From positions 1 through 44,867 of the IMG/VR virus record IMGVR_UViG_3300046061_000023: a DNA stretch of 44,867 nucleotides; one strand, 5' to 3'. This document shows positions 1 through 8,982 of the stretch, one piece after another. Position numbers and translations under genes: made by a program. The notes below the pieces were generated by a model. It did no database searches. It was not told the DNA's origin and saw nothing but the letters and a program-made list of their open reading frames with translations. This DNA is from a virus. Lineage: Duplodnaviria; Caudoviricetes. The number at the start of each line of letters is the position of its first letter. The first letter of the stretch is position 1.

Positions 1-1094
1 CGACAGCCCGGGCGCGGCATCGGGTCCGGTCGGCCCGGGTCTATCAGCGTCCCGCAGACGCATTTCAGAACCGGGTAGCCGTCGGCGTTCCCACCACCGT
101 AGTCGCCCAGACCGGTCTGGACCTGGCCCCAGTCCGCCAGGTCGACGACCGTTTCGCCGTCGGCATCGTCGGGGGTCAGACGCCTGATCTGGTCCCGGTA
201 GCCCAGATAGCAGGTCTGGACGTTCTCCCACTTGTAGCGCGGGTTTCCGTCGCCGTCCCAGAAGCCCCAGTCGGCATAGGATAGGTCGGACTGTGGCGGG
301 GACTTCTGGATGCCGTCCTTGTTCGCCCAGCGAAGCCGGTTCTCCCAGGCGGCGCTGTCGACGCTGTCGAACACGGTCAGCGTATCCGGGGCGTCCAGGA
401 CTGACTTCTTGACGCCGAAGCCGTGAACCTGGACGCGGGCCGGCAGGTTCCGGCGGACGCGGTAAACGACGTCGCGGATGTCCCCCGGGGACCCGCGCCG
501 GCAGACCGACCCGATGCCGACGTGATCAGTCAGCAGGCCGTGGTCGCGCATCATGTCGACGTGACGCAGGTAGTCGTCGACATCCCAGCCCTGGATGACG
601 GCGACCGGGTCCGCGCCGATGTCACGGCTGTCCAGCGCATCCAGCATCCGTATGTGGTCGTCGACGGTTCGACGCTGAAGGCCGTCGACGGTGGCGTCCA
701 GGATGTCGCGGACGCCCGGTTCGCAGGGCCAGTCCCGCAGGGCGAAGCGGTCCAGGGTGACGTCGTCCGCAGCGTCGCCGTAGCGGGTCGGCGGCGCTTC
801 CAGGTAGTCCAGATAGTCGCTGATCGACAGTGGATGGCCGCCGTTCGCTTTGATGCTGTCCGGGGACCCGCCGCAGTCGACCATCCAGTCCGGGCCGGCC
901 CAGATGCCGTTGATCTGCGTCGTCGCGCTGACCATCGCATGGTCGGGCGTCGGCAGGTCGGCGTCGTCGACCGCCCGCTTCAGCGCGGCGTGCGTCCCGC
1001 CGGATGCGACGCCCCAGAAGAAGTCGACGTCGTCGACGTCGTGGTCGACGCCGTAGACGTCGCGGGTCGATGGTTCGAAGGTGTCGCTGGTCAT
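1..1094 (-). CDS. dpdA: TGT/DpdA-like 7-deazaguanine DNA transglycosylase, copy 1 (runs off the window start; absent from the ORF track)
   Basis: Manual translation from ATG 1094: MTSDTFEP...WMVDCGG...LRDWPCEP...PVAVIQGW...VGIGSVCRR...VHGFGVK...FDSVDSAAW. These are TGT-fold motifs; no stop before position 1. Confidence 0.8.
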   Translation of the reverse strand, partial: MTSDTFEPSTRDVYGVDHDVDDVDFFWGVASGGTHAALKRAVDDADLPTPDHAMVSATTQINGIWAGPDWMVDCGGSPDSIKANGGHPLSISDYLDYLEAPPTRYGDAADDVTLDRFALRDWPCEPGVRDILDATVDGLQRRTVDDHIRMLDALDSRDIGADPVAVIQGWDVDDYLRHVDMMRDHGLLTDHVGIGSVCRRGSPGDIRDVVYRVRRNLPARVQVHGFGVKKSVLDAPDTLTVFDSVDSAAWENRLRWANKDGIQKSPPQSDLSYADWGFWDGDGNPRYKWENVQTCYLGYRDQIRRLTPDDADGETVVDLADWGQVQTGLGDYGGGNADGYPVLKCVCGTLIDPGRPDPMPRPGC

Positions 1095-1210
1095 GTCGGG
1101 GTGATTGTGTGACCGCAGTCGCTGCATCGAAGTTCGTCGATCATCATCTGTGTGCCGCCGTGCGCGGACCAGGTGTCGTTCCCGCAGTCGGGACAGGTGA
1201 ACTGTATCAT
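1091..1210 (-). CDS. 39-aa CPxCG zinc-ribbon protein
   Basis: MIQFTCPDCGNDTW...LRCSDCGHTITPT; ATGA overlap with the dpdA-1 start. Confidence 0.7.
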   Translation of the reverse strand: MIQFTCPDCGNDTWSAHGGTQMMIDELRCSDCGHTITPT

Positions 1211-1346
1211 GGTGGTGACGCCGCTGACGCGGGCGTCAGGCGGGGCCAGTATGCGCCTGGTCCAGACGACCGCCCCGCCAGTCGGACGCTGATCAGCGTC
1301 CGCGTGACGGTCAGACGGATACGTCCAGACGACCCCGGACGGGTCG
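1211..1346 (-). repeat. Early intergenic structured element, copy A
   Basis: Core GACCGCCCCGCCAG at 1268-1281. Transcribed strand: CCGUC-UGA-CCGUC...GGCGG-GGCGG; downstream hairpin with CGCGUCAGC loop. Confidence 0.7.
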
Positions 1347-2615
1347 TCAGACGTTCAGCAGTTCGTCGACGTCGATGTCGTCGTTCCTGATCTGTTCCTT
1401 CAACCGCTGTTTCATCTGGGACTTCGCCTTCTGCCCACCGTCCGGGTACGGTTCGTTCCCCGACACCGCGCCACTATGCAGCCGCTGGGCGCTATACGGG
1501 TCCGGGACCATGTCGCCGTCGACACCACCGTCCAGCACCATGTCGCGGTCCAGGCTCACCCGGCAGAACCGACCATGCCGGTGTTCGGCCTTCTGGACGC
1601 CGTCGAATTCCCGGTAGATGTCGCAGGCCGCGTCCGCCAGCGCGGCTTCCAGGTCGTCGGTCAGGTCGCTGACGACGCGGCTGGCCGCGTGTCCAGGGAC
1701 GTCCGCAGCGGACGATTGGGCGTCCTGGTAGCGGCGTTCGTCAGCGTCGATGTCGTCGCTGATTTCGTCGACGACCAACTGCCGCAGGGCTTCGGCTTTT
1801 TCGCCCAGGGATGCGCCGACCGCTTCGATCTCTAATCCGTATTCGCCGTCGATCCCGTACTCTTGCATCCAGTCGTCGTTGTTCTGGCCGCCGACGGTGA
1901 ACTTCTGGGACTGGACGATGTCGTCGCTGACCTGCCGCGGCCAGACGCCGATACGGCGGCTGGCATCCTGATCGACGTCGATCCCCAGCTTCTGGGCGCG
2001 GCGGACGAAGTCGTCGACGATCCCGAACCCGACCGGGTCGTAGTCGCCCAGGACCCAGAATGTGTAGCGGATGTCGGGGTCTAACTGCTGGGCCAGGTCT
2101 TCGATCAGTGCGGTCGCGGACCACCCGCTGCCTTCGACCAGCGTGATGTCGTAGACGTCGGCCAGGGGTTCCAGCTTCCGGTAGGCTGCTGATTTTTCGA
2201 CGAATAGGATTTTGTCGTTTTCGATGGACGACGTCGCTATCCGTCGGTCGCGGCTGTCGTCCAGGATGTTCAGCGTCCGGTAGGTGATGCCGCTGTCGAC
2301 GTCTTTCACCTTCTTCGACAGCCGTTTCGATAGCCGCTTCGACAGCCCACGGTTCCAGTCAGACGTGCCGACGCCGTCGCCCCAGTCAGGGACGGATTCT
2401 TCCAGGATCGGTTTGACGGGGTTGTACCAGAAGTCCCGGAGGCTCCCGGCGTCCTGGCGGCCCTGCCAGGTTAGTTCGTCCGCCGCCAGGTCGATCAGGT
2501 GGTCGATGACGAAAGACGCGCTGAAGTCGCCCCGGTAGTAGTAATCGTCGATGTCACGGAACTGTTCGGTCGTCATGCCCTGCATTTCGGACAGGGTCTG
2601 GGGTTTCGAAGACAT
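1347..2615 (-). CDS. TopoVI-A/Spo11-like (JetD/DUF2399-like) TOPRIM protein
   Basis: SLRDFWY (candidate catalytic-Tyr helix), ILFVEK, VEGSGW, VLGDYDPVG (TOPRIM E and DxD). Confidence 0.75.
   Translation of the reverse strand: MSSKPQTLSEMQGMTTEQFRDIDDYYYRGDFSASFVIDHLIDLAADELTWQGRQDAGSLRDFWYNPVKPILEESVPDWGDGVGTSDWNRGLSKRLSKRLSKKVKDVDSGITYRTLNILDDSRDRRIATSSIENDKILFVEKSAAYRKLEPLADVYDITLVEGSGWSATALIEDLAQQLDPDIRYTFWVLGDYDPVGFGIVDDFVRRAQKLGIDVDQDASRRIGVWPRQVSDDIVQSQKFTVGGQNNDDWMQEYGIDGEYGLEIEAVGASLGEKAEALRQLVVDEISDDIDADERRYQDAQSSAADVPGHAASRVVSDLTDDLEAALADAACDIYREFDGVQKAEHRHGRFCRVSLDRDMVLDGGVDGDMVPDPYSAQRLHSGAVSGNEPYPDGGQKAKSQMKQRLKEQIRNDDIDVDELLNV
1351..1414 (+). repeat. Copy of the window's terminal sequence (matches 44804-44867)
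   Basis: 64-nt match with one mismatch (1359 C vs 44812 T); 1360-1414 equals 44813-44867 exactly (55 nt). Confidence 0.95.
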
Positions 2616-2623
2616 CATCAAGT

Positions 2624-2782
2624 TCAGTACGCGAAGGGGTCGTCGTGTTTTTCCATCGCTTCAGTCGACAGCGCCGACCGGCGGCAGGCCGCGGAACAGT
2701 AAGCCTGTTCCTGGCGGCCCTGGTCGGGGTTGGGAGCGATGGGCTGTTCGACAGTCGTCCCGCAGTGTTCGCAGGAAGTCAT
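2624..2782 (-). CDS. 52-aa zinc-finger protein (CxxC...CSxxC)
   Basis: MTSCEHCGTTVEQ...AYCSAACRR...PFAY*; ends 8 nt before the TOPRIM start. Confidence 0.7.
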   Translation of the reverse strand: MTSCEHCGTTVEQPIAPNPDQGRQEQAYCSAACRRSALSTEAMEKHDDPFAY

Positions 2783-2786
2783 CGTC

Positions 2787-2925
2787 TATTGGGTTCCGCG
2801 TCGATGTCGCTGACGCGGGTGGCGGACACCGTTGTCGGACGGTGTCAGGCCGACCGCCCCGCCAGGCGCGACCCGTCGCGGGCCGCATCCGGGCGGTCTG
2901 GCGGCAGAACCGTCTGTTGATTCGC
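2787..2925 (-). repeat. Early intergenic structured element, copy B
   Basis: Core at 2852-2865; GCCGCC-AGA-CCGCC...GGCGG-GGCGGU, then GACACCGU-CCGACA-ACGGUGUC hairpin and CCGCGUCAGCG. Confidence 0.7.
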
Positions 2926-3405
2926 CCCTATAGAACATGTGTCGTCGATGCGTCCAGCGGGACCTGAACGCGCGATGGGGTCCGCCGCGCCCTGCGGCCA
3001 AGGGGGTCGACCTGCGGGCGCTGGGCCAGTCGCCTGTAACAGCAGTGTAGCCCGATGTCGCGCCGCCCGGAAGTTCCCGTCACCTGTTGCGTCATCCCCC
3101 AGGACAGGGGTCGGCGTCATCGGGTCGCCCGGTCAATCCGTGGGCGGCGCGGTGTGATGCGTCCGACATCCCGCGGCAGAAATGGTGGCCCGGAGCGTCG
3201 GGGGCGTGCTGGTCGACGTCGCGGCAGACGCCAGGAAGCCCGGGGGCGGCCCGATGATCGACGTCGCCCAGAAGCCCCAGCCGCCGATGGCGCGATGCCA
3301 GTCTGCGGCCAGGTCCGCCCCGCCAGGTGACGCGCCCCACGTACTGTGTCCCCGCGGGGCCAGGGTGGCTATCAGATGTGTCGCCAGTTCCTACCCCCAC
3401 CTTCG

Positions 3406-3429
3406 AAGGTTAGCTACTTATAGATTCGG
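3406..3429 (-). promoter_or_regulatory. Putative leftward early promoter (BRE/TATA CGAAT-CTATAAG)
   Basis: AT-rich CTATAAG (plus CTTATAG 3417-3423) in the gap after the last tail gene; the same heptamer precedes the 12721-13347 gene. Confidence 0.45.
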
Positions 3430-3664
3430 GTGACTTTCGAAACCCACGATGGCGACCGCAGGCGCGGTCCTTTAGTCACTGCACGGCGTAACCGTGGGTG
3501 GGTTGTGGGTCGATTCGAACGGTTCGAATCCATCAGCCCCGCCAGGCGGCCCGCACCCCGCTTCTGGACGTCACGCTACCCAGGCCGACGCCCACCACCG
3601 ACCCACCATCGAACACCGTCAGCGCCGCCAGCAGCCCCGCCAGCGACGACGCTGACGCCACGGC

Positions 3665-5611
3665 TTAGATGCCTTTGCGCGTGCGGTCGATAGCGCGGCC
3701 CTGATCGATCACAGTCCCAGTGACGTCATCATCCTGAACGAACTTCAACCGCCCCCGGAGTTGATCCGTGCCTTCCTGGAACTGGACGCGTTCCAGCGGC
3801 GTCTCCGTCGGCGACCCATCGGCGAACCAGTCCACCGGATAGGAGTACCCCGGCAGCGTCGTCGTCGGTAGCGAACTGACCGTCCCGCGTTGTTCGCGGG
3901 CCTCAACCTTCTTCGATAGGATGTCGACAGCGGCGTATCTGGCCTGTTCGACCGTCGTCAGGTCCGGTAACACTTCGAAATACGGCTCCCGCCCGTAGGC
4001 GGTGACTTCGTCGCTGTCTTCGACGGTCGCCTTCGGTCTGGTCCCGTCGTCGGCCAGCTTCCCGTAGACCGTCACTTCGTTCGCGTAGTCGACGAACGAC
4101 AACCGTGGGCTGCGGTTCACGACCGTCCAGTCTTTCGCCTTCGTGACAGCGCCGGTTTCGAAGCTTTCGACTTGTTTGATCAGGTTCCCTTGGTCGTCGG
4201 TTGCGGCGTGATCGATCACGAACCGGAACCCCGCTTTTTGATGCAGGTCCGTCAGGATCGACAGGGGGCTGCCCCGGTAGGTCTGGTCTTCGATGATCGA
4301 CACGTCGTTGCCGTCGTAGGCCATCCGGTACTGTTCGATAGCTTCCGGTTGATAGTTCTCCGTCGGACTGGCCGTCGCGCGGGTTGCCGATGTCGCCGCG
4401 ATGTCGATGACTGACTGTAGTCGGGTCCCGATGTCGCCGCCGAAGCCGGTTGTGATGGACGTCGTGTCCTGTTCGCTCCCGTCATGTGGGTACCACGGGC
4501 CGCCGTTCAACCGGGCCTGAAGCCAATTTGCTGACGGTCCCTGGGTCATCGTGACGTCGACTGTCGCCTGTTCGACGTTATAATCCAGGTCTTCTTCAGG
4601 GAACGCCAGGACGTCCTTCGAAACCTGTGGCGTCAGTTGATCAGGGTACAGCCCTGGCCCGGATAGGTACCCGTTCGCGTCAACGGTGTCGTCGAACGTC
4701 GGGCTGTACCTGCTGTCGTACACGTACATCGCGTCGACGACCATTGGGTCGCCAGTTTCGGTGACGTCGATTTCAGCGGTGTGCGACCCGGGTGACAGTT
4801 CACTGCTTCTGCTGCTGGTAGTCCGCCACTGAAGCCCGCTTGTGTAAGCGTCAGCAGCGACGCCTTCGACCGTCTCCCCGCCGATAGTGATTTCGAACCC
4901 CGGGTTTGTGCCGTTCGTGGCGTTCACCCTGAAGGCGAACCGCGCGTCGCCTGCCGGGATGGCGTGTTCGGTCGTGAAGTCGAAGCGAAGGTCGCCAGCT
5001 ATGTCCGACACTTCCTCCGCTTCACCGTTTGAATAGTCCGAACCGCTGTCAGTCCCGTTGCCCCCCTGGGCGTTTTCCCCTTCGACAAAGAACCCGGTCT
5101 GGGCGGGTTTCAATTCGGTGCCGTCATCGGTCAAGGGCGCGGTCGAGTCGACGCCCGACAACAGGTCGCTAAAGCTTTCGCCAGCGGTGACTTCCTGAAC
5201 GGTTTCGTCTTCGACGACAGTGTCGCCAGCTTGGTCGTTGACGGTCGCGTCGAACCCGGTATCTTGGGTCCAGACCTGCCGAATCGCTTCGTCCGTCCGT
5301 ATGAGGCTGAACGACCGTTCGATGGCGCTGTCCTTCAGGTCGTCGCCGATCCCGGGACCGTTCAACCGGACTATGCCTTGGTCCTGATCCCAGTCCAGTT
5401 CCCGCAGATACCCACGGAACAGCAGGGTGTCGCCGCTGTATATCCGTAGTCGCTTCAGGACGTGATCCCTGATCGACCGGTTGTAGGGGATTTCGGTGTC
5501 GAAGTCCGCCAGCGCCGTGTGCGGTTTAGCGATGTCGACGTTGATCAGGTCGCTGTCGGTCAGCGTGGCGTCCAGGTTTCCGTCCGGCCCGATTTCAGTT
5601 CTGTAGACCAC
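3665..5611 (-). CDS. Tail tip/hub protein (Tal-like) with probable carbohydrate-binding insertion
   Basis: Position in the tail module; LLFRGYL, DYANEVTVYG, EVTAYG-type hub motifs; GTG start at 5611 is inferred (ORF extends to 5665). Confidence 0.6.
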   Translation of the reverse strand: MVYRTEIGPDGNLDATLTDSDLINVDIAKPHTALADFDTEIPYNRSIRDHVLKRLRIYSGDTLLFRGYLRELDWDQDQGIVRLNGPGIGDDLKDSAIERSFSLIRTDEAIRQVWTQDTGFDATVNDQAGDTVVEDETVQEVTAGESFSDLLSGVDSTAPLTDDGTELKPAQTGFFVEGENAQGGNGTDSGSDYSNGEAEEVSDIAGDLRFDFTTEHAIPAGDARFAFRVNATNGTNPGFEITIGGETVEGVAADAYTSGLQWRTTSSRSSELSPGSHTAEIDVTETGDPMVVDAMYVYDSRYSPTFDDTVDANGYLSGPGLYPDQLTPQVSKDVLAFPEEDLDYNVEQATVDVTMTQGPSANWLQARLNGGPWYPHDGSEQDTTSITTGFGGDIGTRLQSVIDIAATSATRATASPTENYQPEAIEQYRMAYDGNDVSIIEDQTYRGSPLSILTDLHQKAGFRFVIDHAATDDQGNLIKQVESFETGAVTKAKDWTVVNRSPRLSFVDYANEVTVYGKLADDGTRPKATVEDSDEVTAYGREPYFEVLPDLTTVEQARYAAVDILSKKVEAREQRGTVSSLPTTTLPGYSYPVDWFADGSPTETPLERVQFQEGTDQLRGRLKFVQDDDVTGTVIDQGRAIDRTRKGI

Positions 5612-5621
5612 TTGCCATTTA

Positions 5622-7874
5622 TTAGACTTCCGCCGTCCAGTACCACGACAAGTTATCTGTCCCACCCGCCGGCGCCGAGGCGTAGGTTATTTCGATGGTC
5701 GACTGGCCAAAGGCAGAAACCCAGAATTCGCCAGCGGCGTCCGCACTCCCCGCATTAACATTTGCTTGCGTTGGAGGTTCAGCCAGACCATGCGGGATAT
5801 TAAACGTAGTCGTGCTGCCGTCTCCGCTCTGCGTCTCACTTCCGGCGTTCTCGGTCGGGAAGCCATCGTTCGACCGAAACTCCCAATCACTTGGAATGCT
5901 GCCCTCATTGTCCATATTAACATTGTCACGCACAATGGTTCCCGCAGTCGCCGCCCCTCCGGTATTTCGAACTGGGTTGTTGGAGCCATTGAAGTTGTTC
6001 CCTGCGATTGAAGCCGGAGAGCTATTAACATAAACTCCACTACCGCTATTAAAATCGTTGTTCATGATCAACCCATAGCTACTGCTCCGGTCAAAAAACG
6101 TGTTCTCAACGGTGTTGTTGTCAAAAATAACCTTGTCGTGAAACGCAGTGATCACATATCGTCCGGATACATCGGCGAAAACGTTCCCTTCAATGACCGC
6201 GCGTCCGTTCGGGCCATTTAACAGCATGAAATCTTTGTCGACCTCGACACCATCAATGATGTTGTCCCGGAAGACAGCTTTCCGGTAGTTGGCGCCCTGG
6301 TTTTCATACTCCCTAATTACTCGATCCGTGCCAGAGCCAACATCGGACGTATTGCCCACATTCTTCATATGGCACCCTTCGACCCGGAACAGGTCACCCA
6401 TTCCGTAGGCTGCATCCATCCGAACGGCAGCAACCGATACAACATCCTTGAACTGGCAGTCACGAACGTCGATTACGTCGCATCGGCCGGGCGTTGAGTA
6501 ATTGAACGCCCGGCCGATGCGTTTGAAGGTGCAGTCTGTGATGCGGACCTCGTCCGGCCACCCGCGACGATTCACCGCTGAAGCACAATTCTCAAAGTCA
6601 CAACCCTGAATATATCCCTCAATAGCACCGTTCAGTATCGCGGCATCATCCATACTCTCGAATCGGCAATCGACCCAATGCACCTGGACGGCATGGTGGG
6701 TATCGGCATTATTTCCGAAATATGTGTTCCCCACGAACCAGAGGTCACGCGGCATTCCTTGGGTTCCTCCCACTGCTGTCCAATGGTTTCCGTCCTCGCC
6801 GGTAAAGTGACAGTGTTCGACGCGGACACTGCGCGAAGCCCCGCCGATGCTGACGCCGTATCCCAGCCCGCCATTATCGTTCGTGTGGCCGGTCATGTAG
6901 CAGTCGCTGACCGAGCAATGAACGCCGGGTTGAAATCGGACGCCGGAATCTTCGATGTCGCGCGTTGTGACGTTCTCGACGTGGCAGTTCACCGCATACC
7001 GGATGTCGATACCGGACTGGTATCCGTGTGTCCCGATTTGACCTGTAATCTGGAAGTCCCGGAGCGTGATGTTCTCCGCCGGATCGATAGGGACAACCTC
7101 TGCGTTGTCCGACACGTTGTAGTAATCGAACAGGCCACGTTCATTACTATCCGAGTTCCGCCCGTGGACTCTGATCCGGCCGTCCGTGGTGTCGACCGCA
7201 ACGACGCGACGAATCTCGCTCCAGGTAGCGCCGTTGTACCCGAATTCCCGGTCAGATTGTATCTTGAACCAGTCGCCGGCGGCGAACCCGCTGGCGTCGT
7301 TCAGGTCGATCCATTCATCACCGGTATCTGCATCAGTGGCGAGCGCGACCGACTGGCCGTCAAGAAGCTCCCCGTCCCGGTCCTGGAAGTGATTTGGCGC
7401 ACCGTCTCCTGTAAACACGGTCGCGTCTCCGTCTCCCGCTAAGATGGTGTCGTTCGGGACACTGACCGGTGATGTCATGGTGTATGTGCCAGCCTTGACG
7501 TGGACCATCGCTGGGTTTTCGTCAAAGACTGACGAAAGGACTGGGCTGGCGTCTGACGTGTTTCGGGCGATTTCTTCTTGGGGACCCACAGCGACGTAGT
7601 CCCCGTCGTCGACTTTCACAACGATTTCGGGGGCGCGGTCGACGGTGTAAAGATCATCTGTACTGGCTGCACCCACGTTTGTCACGTCGTTGCCATCAAC
7701 GTTCAGCGTCGACGCCAACTGTAATTCCCCCTCCGTGTCGTCCCACCGCAACACCACGGCATCATTCGGGTCCGTGATGACCAGATCGCCGTTGTCAACG
7801 GCGAGTCCGTATCCGTCCGGCAGGTCGAGCGACTGTACCGCAGCCGGCGTATCGGTTGAACCTAAGTTCGCCAT
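5622..7874 (-). CDS. Tailspike / receptor-binding protein with pectin-lyase-like parallel beta-helix
   Basis: VHVKAGTY entry motif; repeated IxxCxF/NxF beta-helix rungs; C-terminal TTTFNIPHGL domain; visibly lower GC. Confidence 0.75.
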   Translation of the reverse strand: MANLGSTDTPAAVQSLDLPDGYGLAVDNGDLVITDPNDAVVLRWDDTEGELQLASTLNVDGNDVTNVGAASTDDLYTVDRAPEIVVKVDDGDYVAVGPQEEIARNTSDASPVLSSVFDENPAMVHVKAGTYTMTSPVSVPNDTILAGDGDATVFTGDGAPNHFQDRDGELLDGQSVALATDADTGDEWIDLNDASGFAAGDWFKIQSDREFGYNGATWSEIRRVVAVDTTDGRIRVHGRNSDSNERGLFDYYNVSDNAEVVPIDPAENITLRDFQITGQIGTHGYQSGIDIRYAVNCHVENVTTRDIEDSGVRFQPGVHCSVSDCYMTGHTNDNGGLGYGVSIGGASRSVRVEHCHFTGEDGNHWTAVGGTQGMPRDLWFVGNTYFGNNADTHHAVQVHWVDCRFESMDDAAILNGAIEGYIQGCDFENCASAVNRRGWPDEVRITDCTFKRIGRAFNYSTPGRCDVIDVRDCQFKDVVSVAAVRMDAAYGMGDLFRVEGCHMKNVGNTSDVGSGTDRVIREYENQGANYRKAVFRDNIIDGVEVDKDFMLLNGPNGRAVIEGNVFADVSGRYVITAFHDKVIFDNNTVENTFFDRSSSYGLIMNNDFNSGSGVYVNSSPASIAGNNFNGSNNPVRNTGGAATAGTIVRDNVNMDNEGSIPSDWEFRSNDGFPTENAGSETQSGDGSTTTFNIPHGLAEPPTQANVNAGSADAAGEFWVSAFGQSTIEITYASAPAGGTDNLSWYWTAEV

Positions 7875-7877
7875 ATG

Positions 7878-8843
7878 TTATTTCTCCGCGACGGTGACGA
7901 CTGCGCCGTCGTCGAACTTGACTTTGAACGCGTCCGTCCCCTGATCGTACCACCTGACGACACCCGTATCAGGTGTTGACGGCTCTTGCTCCGGCTTGTA
8001 CCGTAGCGCCGTCGCCAGTTCGTCATCCCCCCCGAGGCCGTGACGCGATTGATGGTCCTGTGCATGGTGATCGTCCGGACTAACTGTGGCCTGGTCGATT
8101 TCGTCGTGATCGATATTCGATTCATCGACCGCCAGATTGTCACTTCCGTCGTCGTCCAGTAGCGTGCCGGCGACGTCAGCAGGTTCGACCGCGATGCCGC
8201 CCGATTCGATTTTGAGGCCGCCCGACGTTGCCAGGGCCGCAGCCAGCGACGACCCGGCCAGCGTCAACCCGTCGCCTTCGAAGTCCGTGAGGTCACCGCT
8301 CACCACGCCGCTGGCGCCATCGATTTTGTCGCGCACGGTAACGTCGTCTGCGGTGACCGTGCTGGTCTGTATCGCTGGGTCGGTCCGCAGGTCGTTGATA
8401 TCCGCCGCTTCGATAGTCGATGAGTCCGCAGCGACCCAGACTTCAGCCAACACGACCGGCGGGTCCGCCAGCCCGGTCCCGTCCGGCGGCGACGGCGTAT
8501 AGGTTTCGAAGCGGGACGCGGTGTCCTGGGCGTCATCAATCGCGTTCGGCGTCCCAGTGACCGTCGTGACGGTCCCGCCCCCGGTGTAGACGACAAGGTC
8601 CTTCCGCGGGTCGGTCGCGTCAGGTGACGCCAGCGACAGCGACGACGTTGCTGGGATCGATTCTACGTCCCCGTTGTGGACGGCGGTGCCGGCGCTGACG
8701 TCGACGCTGACGACGCCATCCGACCCAGGCGTGACCTGGCCGCCTGAAACCACGCCGTAGCCGTAGGCCCGCCAGACCTGGACGTTATGATACACGGCGT
8801 GATAGCCCTGCCCGATTTCAGTGATGTTGTCATCCGGCGGCAT
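7878..8843 (-). CDS. Tail fibre/baseplate-associated protein
   Basis: GVVSGGQVT...VDVSAGTA...PRKDLVV...VLAEVWV...INDLR pattern; lies between Dit-like and tailspike genes. Confidence 0.6.
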   Translation of the reverse strand: MPPDDNITEIGQGYHAVYHNVQVWRAYGYGVVSGGQVTPGSDGVVSVDVSAGTAVHNGDVESIPATSSLSLASPDATDPRKDLVVYTGGGTVTTVTGTPNAIDDAQDTASRFETYTPSPPDGTGLADPPVVLAEVWVAADSSTIEAADINDLRTDPAIQTSTVTADDVTVRDKIDGASGVVSGDLTDFEGDGLTLAGSSLAAALATSGGLKIESGGIAVEPADVAGTLLDDDGSDNLAVDESNIDHDEIDQATVSPDDHHAQDHQSRHGLGGDDELATALRYKPEQEPSTPDTGVVRWYDQGTDAFKVKFDDGAVVTVAEK

Positions 8844-8877
8844 ATGCTTCGTCTACATCGTCGTTTCCCGGCGTCGT

Positions 8878-8903
8878 CCTTAATCGGACGTGACGCCGTG
8901 GCC
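8878..8903 (-). promoter_or_regulatory. Late promoter motif, copy 1
   Basis: Plus strand CCTTAA with GTGACGCCGTGG starting 10 nt after the first T. Confidence 0.7.
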
Positions 8904-8982
8904 CCGGGGTCGGCCAGTCGTCTATCCAGATGGCGTCGGGGGCGACCCGTCGCGGCCACCGGAAACCGCCATACTGCGGGGG

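Noticed and set aside
423-1112. Long plus-strand ORFs here and elsewhere (e.g. 9866-10741, 17711-18550, 28285-29571, 38191-39000)
   Set aside because: Antisense shadows of acidic minus-strand genes in GC-rich DNA; Val/Arg/Ser-rich with no motifs.
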